Shown here in pieces: positions 1 to 11,020 of a stretch of 64,000 nucleotides of DNA. Source of the DNA: Rhodosorus marinus CCMP1338 (Eukaryota > Plantae > Rhodophyta). Under the pieces are notes generated by a model. That model did no database searches and was not told the origin of the DNA. It saw nothing but the letters and a program-made list of their open reading frames with translations. A program made the translations under genes and the position numbers. Each line of letters begins with the position of its first letter. The stretch's first letter is position 1. The stretch covers positions 1,922,001-1,986,000 of the forward strand of contig JAMWBK010000004.1 in the NCBI GenBank assembly GCA_029953675.1, given 5' to 3'.

Positions 1-11
1 ACCGGCCTACG

Positions 12-743
12 ATGAGAAACAAGCTCCTCCGCGAAAACGACAGAGGACCGATCCACAAAATAGCGCTGAGGATGAATTTGAAAGTAGGATCAATGGTTCC
101 ACGAATATTCCGTAGAATTGCCTCGAGTTTGTATGTATCTGACCATACAGGTTCCACCTCTCTCCCCCCCTTCGTAGTTCAAAAGGCACCTCGGTCCGAA
201 GCAGAACTATCGGCTATTCTTGTGCAGCACCTAAAGCCGAAAGAAAACGTTTTGTCATGTTTGAGAAGACTCGGCGGAAAGGAGAACTCCAAGAATCCCA
301 CGCTGAAAAGCAAGTTTGATGAGGTGACCGAAGTAGCTGACGAGCTGTTGAATGGTGGTCAGTATACAATCTACCAACAGACTAGGGAACAACTTATGAA
401 GCTGGCGAAGACGAAGATAGGCAAGTCACTCGACGTTGGAGATTCAGTCAAGCCAAAGCTTGACCTTTGGGAGCTGAAGTAAGCAAGGTCACCAGTGTGA
501 ACTGGCCATGGCCTCGTGCAAAGGTTCCGTAGGGCTGCTTGTGGAAGGCTGAATCACCCCTTATCATTCCTCGTCTTTTTCAGGTGGGGAGAGGACACGG
601 AAACCTACGGGCCTTTTACAGCTGAACAGATGTTAGGGTGGCAGCAGTCGGGCTATTTCAGCTCTGAAAGAACCGCTTACGCACGGCGCCAAGGAGCTGG
701 TGGTCGATTCGCGCTCGCGAGAGACCTGTCCTATTCATCGTGA
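12..743 (+). CDS. CD2BP2/U5-52K/Lin1-like GYF-domain spliceosomal protein, probably 5'-truncated by the window edge; intron 479-583
   Basis: The ORF has LRRLGG and KFDEVTEVADELLNGGQYTIYQQTRE. Splicing GTAAGC(479)..TTTCAG(583) joins WELK to WGEDTETYGPFTAEQMLGWQQSGYF, a GYF domain. Confidence 0.85.
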
Positions 744-1068
744 AAGAGTGGTTGGTTTCTTTCGTTTTCGAAGGACGGGGTGGAGGACTGGAGTTTGAAA
801 TCATCGTAGCACAGGTGGCGTACTTTTTTCATGCTCTTTGTGGTACTCTGGAAACCTTGCACGCTTCCCATGGGACCGCCACAACTTTAATACATAACTG
901 TCTTTAGTTTACATAATTTTGGTCTAGAGATCGTCTCTTTTCAAACGATTGGCACGTATCTCTGTCTTACAAAGACAACCGCTCTAACAAGGGTTAAAAG
1001 TTACCTGTACATTCTCCCAATAGGACCAACCCGGGACCTTATCGATCAGACAATTGGTCCCCCCTGGA

Positions 1069-1646
1069 CTATTCTCCAGGAGAAGAATCTTCGCTGTCTG
1101 TTTCGGAAACCAGCGAATCTCCATCATCGTCGCTAGGGCTAACCTGGTCCATGGCGGAACGCTCATTATTCCCGCTCCTTAGGCTTTCAACCAAATACTT
1201 TGTCTTCTTCAGACGATGTGAGTAGCCTTTGCGAAGAGACGTAGACCTGAAGGAAGAAATTCTTGAAGAATGTCTTCCATGCGCATATGAGAACCATGTG
1301 TCCATAGACTGTGTTCCAGCCTCCGACATCAGCGATTCCGCAGAATCACAAAGTATCCCTTCTTTCACAAGGGGCAAGGCGTTTGAAAACATGGACCTGT
1401 AGATAAGAGCAATCCCACAAAGCTTCATTCAGCACTAGAGCGTTGGTACGATCGAATCTGTCCCATCCAAACTACTACTTACCGACTCCTATCAAACTTT
1501 GCAGCGTTTTCATAGTACGATGCGCTCTGAAAAATCCGAAGCTGCTCCATCTTCAGCTCATGGATTTTTCTGCGGGCAGGATCCGGTGAGCCCGGTCTTA
1601 CCAATGCCGCCAAATCGCTACTTCTCTCGACCATAACGTGACTCAT
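1069..1646 (-). CDS. Hypothetical protein of ~160 aa, two exons (intron 1397-1482), acidic Ser-rich C-terminus
   Basis: ORFs 1479-1751 and 1069-1428 join in frame through a canonical GTAAGT..CTACAG intron of 86 bp. No family recognised and the start codon is uncertain. Confidence 0.55.
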
Positions 1647-3394
1647 GTCCAGTTCACACTCCAACTCTGCCCAACCCAAACCCTCCAACTGGAAATCCTC
1701 AAAACCTGCTTCAAACAATACACCACAGAAGCCAAACAGCCACACCATCAATATCTCCCACCACCTCCAAAAACTCTGCTTCTCAAAAGCCTAAAGTACA
1801 ATGACAACGCAAGCCCAGTATTTAAACGACCGCTTACTGCCCACACCACCCGCGTCCTCTTTGTGTCCCAGTCACAACCCTGATCTAAACTATACAAAAA
1901 CCAATCCTCCCTCCCAACCCCCCGGCGCCCACCCACAAAAAACACAAAAGGAAATCTCCAACCTTCCAAACAACAAACCTCAGCAGTAAGCCCTCCTCCC
2001 CCGAAAGGAAAGTCTCGCACGTGAGACCTCAAATACTCAAACCTCACTCAGCCCTTACACGTACCCAAACCCCCCCCCAAAAAAAAAAAAAATTCAGGCA
2101 CACAGAACACGACCAAAAATGAATAGTAGTATCAAAACCATCCCTCAACAGTGATAGATCTTCCTTCCACACTTCTTAGATCCCCCTAAAATTGACAAAA
2201 TAAGACATGTTACGGTATCCATTTGCTCAGTATTATCGGATACTGAAATCCCATTCACCCTCCCCGACCGCCTCCATCAGTACAACGCCATCCCCACCAT
2301 ACTTCCCCCAAAATGACAATGCCTCAGTAAATACCTAAAAACAAGAATCCAGTAACAATATTCCTGGAAAAAACTTCATTAATAAATACCCATACCCGAT
2401 TCCTATAAATAGTCGCGTCCAGTTCCCAAGTCACTTTACATTGGGGGGGACAAAAAAGGAAAATCAATCGACCTTCTTATTGAGCTTTCCAAAAACTAAT
2501 ATTCATTTTTTAAAAAACAACACTCGGAAGATAGGTATTGCTAAATTAAATTTCATTCAATTCATATGGTCCAATGTAGATCAGAGTTGGATTGATTTTA
2601 TCCAATTATCAGCCTTTGAATTGAATTCGGTTAGGGGAAGGAATTTGTTTTTGCTCTATAAGGTTTTATTGATAATATATACACATAATTTGATACTCTT
2701 GTCCAATTATTTGGAATTTATGTGGAGGATTACAATCCTATATACGATATCTCGCGGGTAAACTCTAGAGGTAATGGGTCTGCTGTGTTTTTTTCCGCCA
2801 AAAGGTAATTCGTATTGTGAGAACGTCGGACTAAATTTAGCTGTATGGAGGTAATATTTTGTATATTTCTGGATAAAATATTATTATTTTTGGAAATTAA
2901 AAGGGAGGGTTTCGCGATCCGCAGGGAGGTCCCACCAATGGCGAGCAAAACTTTTGCGAAATAGATGTAAAGGGGGGTTGAATCTGTTTGTATTGTGAAA
3001 GAAACTGGCGAGTCAGAGTTCAATTTACAATTTAAGGAAAAGAAAGAATTTAAAAAAAGTGATACATAATTTATTTCTAAACATGAAATGCTTAGTGTCA
3101 GCGATTTTTCGTTGCGGCGTTCGCAGGGGTTGTGAGTACTAACCTTTCTCGTTTTGATTAGAATAGGCTTAATAATGGAAATGTTTCACTGCTAGATTAT
3201 CGAGTTTCGCCCCCCCTCCCCCCCCCCTCCGGGTTGTTTTCTTTTCTTGTTCATAAGCACACTTCATCAATCATGCCTTTGGGAGAGTTGATTTGGGCTT
3301 GGCAAGGGGTCGGGAGGGGGGGGGGGGGGGGGGCGGATTGGTGTCGAGTATTCTAATCTTAACAAACGAATCTTAGTCAATCTCTGAAGAGCTG

Positions 3395-4260
3395 ATTTCA
3401 TGTATCGCTGGGGTCTACTTGAGTATGACCTTGCAGCCCGGGGGACAAGCAGATTTTCTGGAGAAGCCGCCCTCCAGAGAAGAAGCTAGCCCTGACACTG
3501 CTGTTCCGAGGGCGATTGGACAGATTCTTCGAGATAGAGACAGACGCGTACGACGTAGTATGAGCCATGAGCCAGTCCATCTAATTTCACATAGTGGGAG
3601 GATTAGCCGGCAGAAAAGGGATCGGCTCATGGATCAGCTCCGGGATCGTGCTGTCTATGGGACCTGCCCACTGTTGTCGAAACAGATTTGCTTGCAGTAG
3701 CGCATCCAAAATGCGTATCTTCAGTATGGTAAGCCAGGGCAGAAGAAACCTACTCAATGGACTGTCAGGGTAGTTCCAAGTAGAGTGCCCGATTCCTCGC
3801 TGAGGGGTCGTTGACTACCACGGCGATCCCAATCGCTTCTTAGCAAAGCTAGAGGTGCAGTTCGCAATGGCCGGATAACGCCGAAAACGTGTTTCCTTCT
3901 TCCAATTGAAGCATAACATCGCGACCGTCCCACTAATGCAGAGCCAGTTCTAATTGTTTGTTCAGTTGCCGCAAAGGACAGCAGGGTGTGCGCGAATGAT
4001 TATGTAGTCATACTTGAATTCGTGATCTCCACTACAAACACTATTCCAACGCTGTCGATTGATTTCGTCTATCGTGGGGTCTCCTTGAGTAGGACCTTGC
4101 TCTTCGGGCACGAATACTATTCCAACTCTGTTGCTTGATTTCATCTATCGTGTGGTCTGCTTGAGTAGGACCTTGCTGTTCGGGCACGCTGATTTTCTGA
4201 GGGAAGCCTCTTCCACGGAAGAAGCTAGCCCTGACGCTGCTCTTCCGCGGGCAATCGTCT
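3395..4260. repeat. Three diverged copies of one motif, including a 76-bp tandem duplication (4040-4115 and 4116-4190); probable decayed sequence
   Basis: gatttc.t.tatcg..gggtct.cttgagta.gaccttgc recurs at about 3395, 4062 and 4138. The copies at 3440-3520 and 4190-4260 also share gaagaagctagccctgac.ctgct.ttccg.gggc.at. Confidence 0.8.
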
Positions 4261-5520
4261 GCTCTATGTTGAATCAACATTTCCGCTCCATGCGGTCGCA
4301 CTGACTGTTTAGGGCTAAATTTGAACGGCGGAGAAGTCCAGCATGCATGCCCATAGTGTTGTATCTCACAGCTTGTGTTTAGAACAGAAGACAGTGTGCA
4401 GAGTTTTTATGTTATCTGGAGGGAGCACTTCATCTTTCGCCGCTGCACCCGTTTGATCAGTGCTGGGATGGCAGGACCTGTTGCCTAGGTATGCGTCCCA
4501 AAACCTCCAAATTGCAACACGTTATGATGAATCACGTTTCATGATATCATCTGGCACACCGAAACCGATCGTTCGTGTTTCTTGAAGCACAGACAGCATA
4601 GATCGACAGCTTTTTAGCCGCGACATGTGCGGGTTAGTTTGTTGCATCACCTTTGGGTAGACACTGTCCTTTACCAGAGTTGCAATCTGACTACTTATTG
4701 GGATGTTGAGTAGGTAACTGTAAACTTTACTCGGCAGCTGCCTAATGCAGCGCAACACTAATTCTATCAACCGTATGAGCAAACCCATCCTCCCTCCACG
4801 CTGCCTCGAAGAGCTTAATCAGGAATCCAGCTTGCTGAGGTGCAAGGCCCTCGTCTTTCCGCCTCGATCTGTACGCGCTTCGATGAGAGCAACCTACTGC
4901 ATAGGTGCGTGGAGATTTTAAGTGCTCCTTGGCTGAGACATGTGAAGGTGTAGTCACGTTCACCTCTTGAACATAATTTTGCGTTGGCTTAATATTTAAT
5001 ATTCGCCCGTGGTAGCCATCTTTTGACAGTGATTTTTAAGAACTGTGAGTCTCGGTCGCCTCGGGTGAGATTTCGAAATGCAGAGCTTTGCATCAACAGC
5101 TGTCCTGACCCAGACGCTCACTGCGATACGCTAGCACGTGTAGAGCGGATGAGGCAAGGGACCCATTCCGCCTACCGGCTGGCTGGAAGTTGCTAAAACC
5201 TCTAGAAGAGCTCACAATCCTTTCGTAGAGCTGTGGCTAATACTGTGGTTGAACGCTTTCTGTGGTCAGTTCTCAAATCCACACTGATCCAAATTCCGCC
5301 GCATTTTGCTGGGATTGCACAGCAAAGGTGGGACAAAGGTGATGGAGGCGGGAGAGTGCTACTTGTGACGGGACAAGGATAGGTGAAAGTGTGCTAGTAG
5401 GCAAGTCAGGGTATATAACTGATAGCGTCTGGGTCCATGAAACGGACCAAGAGTACGAGAGGGGTACCTCAGGACATGGTGGTGAGATGAGGCTCGTTGC
5501 GATCACGGAGCGAATCAGAG

Positions 5521-8500
5521 ATGCTATCTTTTGCTGTGGTTGGGGGGCGGGTTTTTGCACCTGCAGTGGTGGGGAAACTGGTTTCCCCCAAGGGCCATTC
5601 CGCTAATTTGAGAACGTTTTTACGGGCGACTTCCAGCGGTATATCTGCTGAACCCTTCAAGGTGACTGCTCCGAGGAAAACACGATCACCACACCAGTTC
5701 GTTTCGTTCACGAAAAGCATGTACGTGGCTCACATGAACGAGCTGGCGATTCGTGGACTGAGCAAAGCTGCAAAGGATCCAGTTTCAGAGTTAGATCACG
5801 CCTTGTTCGACACGGGCCTCAAGCATGAAGAAAACGTACTAGATCGGATCAAAAGCCTAGGGATCGACGTTGCGGTTGTTGATGACAATGACCCGGATAA
5901 GTGGCGACGAACCAGTGATTTTATTCAGCAAGGACGTGAAGTTATTTATCAAGCAGGCCTTCGAGACGATATTCTATCCGGTGTCGCTGACTTCCTGCTC
6001 CTCGCCCCTGGCGGAATAGACTGGATCAGCATCATGAAAGGAGACGAAAATGAGCTGAAAAGACTCCGCGAGGTACGGCAATCGGCTGATTTCCAACCAA
6101 CGTACGCGGTCCTTGAGGTCAAGTTAAGCGGATCCGCAAAGAGCGAGTATGTGCTCCAGGCACTCTGTTATGCAGATCTCGTTGAGGGGATCACAGGGAC
6201 AGTTTCGGACGACCTGTACCTCTGGTTGGGGGGACATCAAGCTCCAGTTCATGTACATAGGAACAAGTTTCTGCACTACTTCCGCGCCAAGCGCGCAGAA
6301 TTTGAAGACTTTCTGGCTTGTTTTGATCGAGGGATCCCACGGCATCCCAAGCCGGATCGCCCCGTAGACAGCCTGGGACCGTGGACGGCTGCCGCAAAAG
6401 AGCAGCTCAAGCAAGAAGATGCGTTGCAATTCGTTGCGGGTATTCGTAAGACTCAGATAGAAAGGCTGAATACGATGGGAATAACGACAATGGCCCAACT
6501 CGCGGCTTTGGAGAACCCTGCTGCAAACTTGTCCAAGCTCCAAAAGCAAGCTGAACTACAAATGGAAACTAAGCGTCGGCGAATGCTCGATCCAAACGCA
6601 ACTCCTGCCTACCGCGTACTTCACCACGACGGCGCACGAGTTGGACTTGCTTCACTACCTCCAGAGTCCGAAATGGACATTTACTTCGATCTAGAGGGGT
6701 TTCCTCTTTACGCCTTCGAGCACCAGGAAGGGCTGGAATACCTTTTCGGTTTTTCCGATCGGGAAAGGAACTTCACCGAGCTTTGGGCGCATGACCACGC
6801 GGAGGAAGAAGAGATTACTGCACAGTTCATAAGAGAAGCGCATAGCCGGTGGGAGCGCGATCCGGGTATGCATATTTACCACTACGGAGTTTACGAGATA
6901 ACGGCTTTGAAGAGAATAGTTTCGAGAGTTGCCGGCGAGATTGACCGCAAATTCGCGGACATGCTCGAGGCTGACGTATTCGTTGATCTGTTCAGAGTAG
7001 TGAGGCATGGCCTTATGCTTGGAGAGCAGAGCTATTCAATTAAGAAGGTGGAGAACCTATGTGGTGTTTCTAGGGAGGAAGATGACCTGGCTGATGCACA
7101 GTCATCTGTAGGCCTTTACCATCGCTTCCGATGCTCTACGGTTAAGGAAGAGAGAAGGAAGCTTCTTACCACAATTGCTGACTACAATAGGCAGGACTGC
7201 TATTCGCTGTCAGATCTCATTGACTGGCTGAGAAAGGAGCAAATTAAAGAGAAGATACGATACATACCTTGGAAGACACAGAAGCTCGAGGCAGAAGGAC
7301 TCAGTGAGGAGCAGATAGACCTGCTAAATACTCCAGGGGCATGCGGTGCTTCGCCTCAGCGCAGAATAGCAGATGCGGAGGTGATTGTTACAGGAAGAAA
7401 AGTGGAGGAAGACCTGATGGACCAAGGAAATGATACGCTAGGTCGGCTGGTGTCCTTTCATATTCGCGAGGGACGCCCCGCACGGGCACAGTTCCGCCAG
7501 AGGCTGACCGCGTACGACGAAAACGATTTCCTCACTGATACTCTCTGCATTGGACGGGTAAGAATAAGGAGCCAGGAAGCGGTGCAGCGTCGGAGATCAA
7601 CTGTATGGAGGGTAGTTGGCCGTTTCGACCCGGATCAACCGCACGTTGTGGAAGTGGGCAATCCAGTCGCTGTCTTGCGAAAGGGGAGAACGCAGGAGGA
7701 TTCAGTTCCCTTTGGAACTGTTAGGGCCCTTGAAAAGGGAGTTGTTGTAATCGATATAACCGGTACAGTTGTACCGTTCGAAGGCGAACTGGCGCTTGTA
7801 AGCACTGCGGAGCTTTCAATCTGCTCCGCGCCAATGCGTGAGGGAATTTTGCGACTTGCGCAGACTGCTCTCGGCAACGAAGAATCCTCGTGTGGCGGAT
7901 ACGGGATGGCACAAAATTTCGTAGAAAGGAGACCTCCAGTGATGCGGGGAGGCAAAGGCATCAGGTCGATAGTGGATGATGCTAGGAATGATCCGCGACT
8001 GCTAGCCGATCTTGTACATGATTTGGAGAAGTCCGTCCTGATCATTCAAGGTCCACCAGGATCTGGCAAGACGCAGCTAACATCGACAGTTATCCAGCTG
8101 CTCGCAAGAAAGGGTCTCAAGATTGCAGTTTCCTCGAACTCGCACGCCTCAATAGACAATGTGCTGCAGAAGGTTGCTGCGCTGGACTCTGACGTCGCGG
8201 TTCGCAAGGTATCATCTGGGAAAGTGACAAACGACGGGGACGAAATTCCGATCGTTCCATATTCGACTTCCGTACAGCAGGCTCTCAAGAAGGGAGCTGA
8301 TGTTGTTGGAGCAACCGTGTTCCAGATCAGCCGACAGGAAAACATTGGGGCGTTTGACCTCCTCTTCATCGATGAGGCTGGACAAGTCCCACTTGCAAAC
8401 TTCATATCCATGGCAGGGTGTGCGAAGTCTGCGGTTTTGGTACGAATTGTCACATCTTCCCTGGGCGCAATTACACCTGGTGCTCAACTTCCAAGCCTTT

Positions 8501-9504
8501 CAATTCGAGTGCTCTGAACATGCTGAGTTCGTTTTCCTTCTTCCGTTTTTTTTTTTTTTGTTGCCTTCTTGTGCCCCGCTTAATCTTACCAATTGACTCA
8601 TCAGGTTGGAGATCAGAGGCAGTTGGAAATGCCGATTCAGGGAATCCACCCGGCTGGTAGTGGGTTCTCATGTCTAGAATACCCGCTTGGTTCAGATTGC
8701 GTCACTGTTCCCAAAGACCTGGGACTGTTTCTCAATCGCTCCTACAGAATGGCTCCGAAAATCTGCTCATTCATTTCTGGTGCTATGTACGATGGCCGCT
8801 TGACACCTCATGAGAGAACTGAACAGAATTCCGTGGACATAAGCAACTCGGAGCTACTAACCAAGCGAAGTGGGGTTCAGTTCGTTGGTCATGTTGGGGA
8901 GAAGGGAAAGAATGTATATTCACAGGCGGAGGTTGATCTCACGAGGAGGGTGATCAAAGAACTCCTTGGAAGGCAGTTTTCAACTGCCTCACGGGAAGGA
9001 GAGCTCACGGAGGAGGACATTCTAATTGTTGCGCCGTACAACATTCAGGTATCTGCTCTCAAGAAAGACCTTGGTGGGCCCCCCTTCCGTATCGGTACAG
9101 TGGACAAGTTCCAAGGACAGGAGGCACCTGTGGTTATCGTAAACATCTGCTCCAACGGCGCCGAAGAGGACGATGAGAGAAGAGGTAATGGATCACGTCC
9201 CCTTGAAGGTTTGATCTACAGCATCTGATATTAGGTCTTGTTTCTACCAGGTGTGCGTTTTGCGCTGAAAAAGAACAGGTTGAATGTAGGTATTTCAAGA
9301 GCGCAATGCCTAACTGTAGTGATAGGATCCCTGGAGTTGAGCATGGCTCCAGCAGGCACAATTGCGGAGATGGAGTTGCTCAGCTTGTATACGAACATCA
9401 TGCAGGTTGGAAGCAATGAAAACGGGTTCCCGTGTTTTGACCTGGAAGCGGATGCGTTTAGACAAGATTCTCTAACCAGACATCTTGGGAACCTAAAACT
9501 GTAA
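5521..9504 (+). CDS. Bacterial-type TM0106/RecB-family PD-(D/E)xK nuclease + RNase H-like domain + SF1 (Upf1/Dna2-like) helicase fusion, ~1250 aa, with putative organelle transit peptide; introns 8440-8604 and 9185-9250
   Basis: Nuclease motifs SGVADFLL, EVKLS and QALCY. RNase H-like motifs YFDLEG, HIYHYGVYE, FVDLF and YNRQDC. Helicase motifs QGPPGSGKT, FIDEAGQ, VLVGDQRQL (formed by splicing), YRMAPKIC, APYNIQV, GTVDKFQGQE and NRLNVGISRAQ. Exon lengths 2919+580+254 keep the frame. Confidence 0.9.
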
Positions 9505-11020
9505 AAAGAAAACGCTTACATCCATCCATTGTGAATCCCGGGAGAGCCAACCCGTAAGTCTGCCAATTGGCAGGCCTGACTGCCCCGAACGTTCTTTCCG
9601 CGACGATGGTAAGGCTCTATTTGCTTCGCGGATCTAGGAAATTCTGACACAGTCTGTGACGTTTGCGTGGATCTCTGGAGGCCCCGACAAGTTTACTCAT
9701 CGATCCACAAAACCGGACAAACCAAGCTGGTCGAGACTTCATCATCTAATCCAATCGATCCGATTCCAAATCCAGCGCGTTGCTTATTACGCAGAATATG
9801 CTAAGGTACACACAAATCTGTGCACTCGCCTACGCCAACAAGTTCACTTTCCACCCTTTTAAACCCCCTTAAATACGTAATATTAGGATTTTATGTTACT
9901 TTTAGAGACCTAGTGTTCTAATCAGACGTTTCGGAAGGGGTAGTTTCAACAACCCACAAAGTCCTTATATTTCCAAATTTAGCCCACCACGACCGCGAAA
10001 CCTCGTCCCTGGGGTAGAGGAAGCTTCCACACGTCAACACAAATCATTCAAAAAAAATAATCACACCGTACGATAGTTAAGAACCAGTAAGTACACCCCC
10101 CACCCCACGAGATCTTATACAAACCTATTTCAAGTCTTTCCTAAATATAATAAAATTCAATGATTAGTTCCAAGAGCTTCTAGAAATTGAATCGATCAAA
10201 TTTTTCGTTCTTCCTTTTTATTTACAAAAAAGCATTCACCCTAAGGAAAAAAAGGAAAAAAAGGAAAAAAATACAAACCCCCGTTCGATCTGCGTAATAA
10301 TATATAGTTTTAATGGTTTTTAGGGTCACTTTTGGTATTTTTTTAAAAAAAGATAAGGCGTTTTTTGTTTTTTTTTTGTTGAGTTGGAATCGCCCGATGT
10401 CACCAATCACTTGTTGATGGATAAAAAAGAAAGAAAAGTCTCTCTGAAGGGGATGAAAGAGAATGGATCTTTTTTACGTATAGAGGAGAAAATTTTCGGG
10501 TTAAAAAAGGGTTTTGGGGGGGTTGGAGAGTGGGAGAGGGGACAAGGTTGGGAAGGAGGGGAAGGAGGGGCAAGAGAGAGGAAGGAGGAAACGTGTGAGG
10601 ACCTTTGGTGTTTTTTTTTGTTTGTTTGTTTGTTTGTTTTGGTTAATGACTGTTAAAATTTTTTTGGAAATGGTTTTGGTAAATCGTACTTTTAGGGAGG
10701 TAAAGAGACGAGTTCCGGAAGGGGATGAGTGAAGAGGTTTTATGTAGAGGGAAAGGTTTTGGGGCTGGGGCAGGAGTTTGGGAGGTGGGGTAAGGGTGTT
10801 GGACGTGTTTGTGAAGAATGCAGTTTTTATAGTTTTGGTAAGGTTTTGTAAGAGGTGTAGAGGGCAAGGTTTAGGGGGTTTTGGTTGTGGTCTGCCGGGT
10901 TAGGGTGAGTTTGGGTTGGGTCTAGATGGGCTGGGTTTTGAGTGTTTTGATGTGTTGAACTGGGACGGTTGCTGGGTTGGAGACGGGGAGGTGGGATTGG
11001 GTTTGGGCGATTGAGAAACG

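Noticed and set aside
6124-8487. Antisense and alternate-frame ORFs inside long genes
   Set aside because: These are shadow ORFs of real coding sequence with no independent motifs. The same applies throughout the window.
5497-9504. Bacterial contamination or chimeric contig as the explanation for the nuclease-helicase
   Set aside because: Two canonical GT-AG introns interrupt conserved helicase regions and splicing restores the frame, and the flanking genes are eukaryotic.
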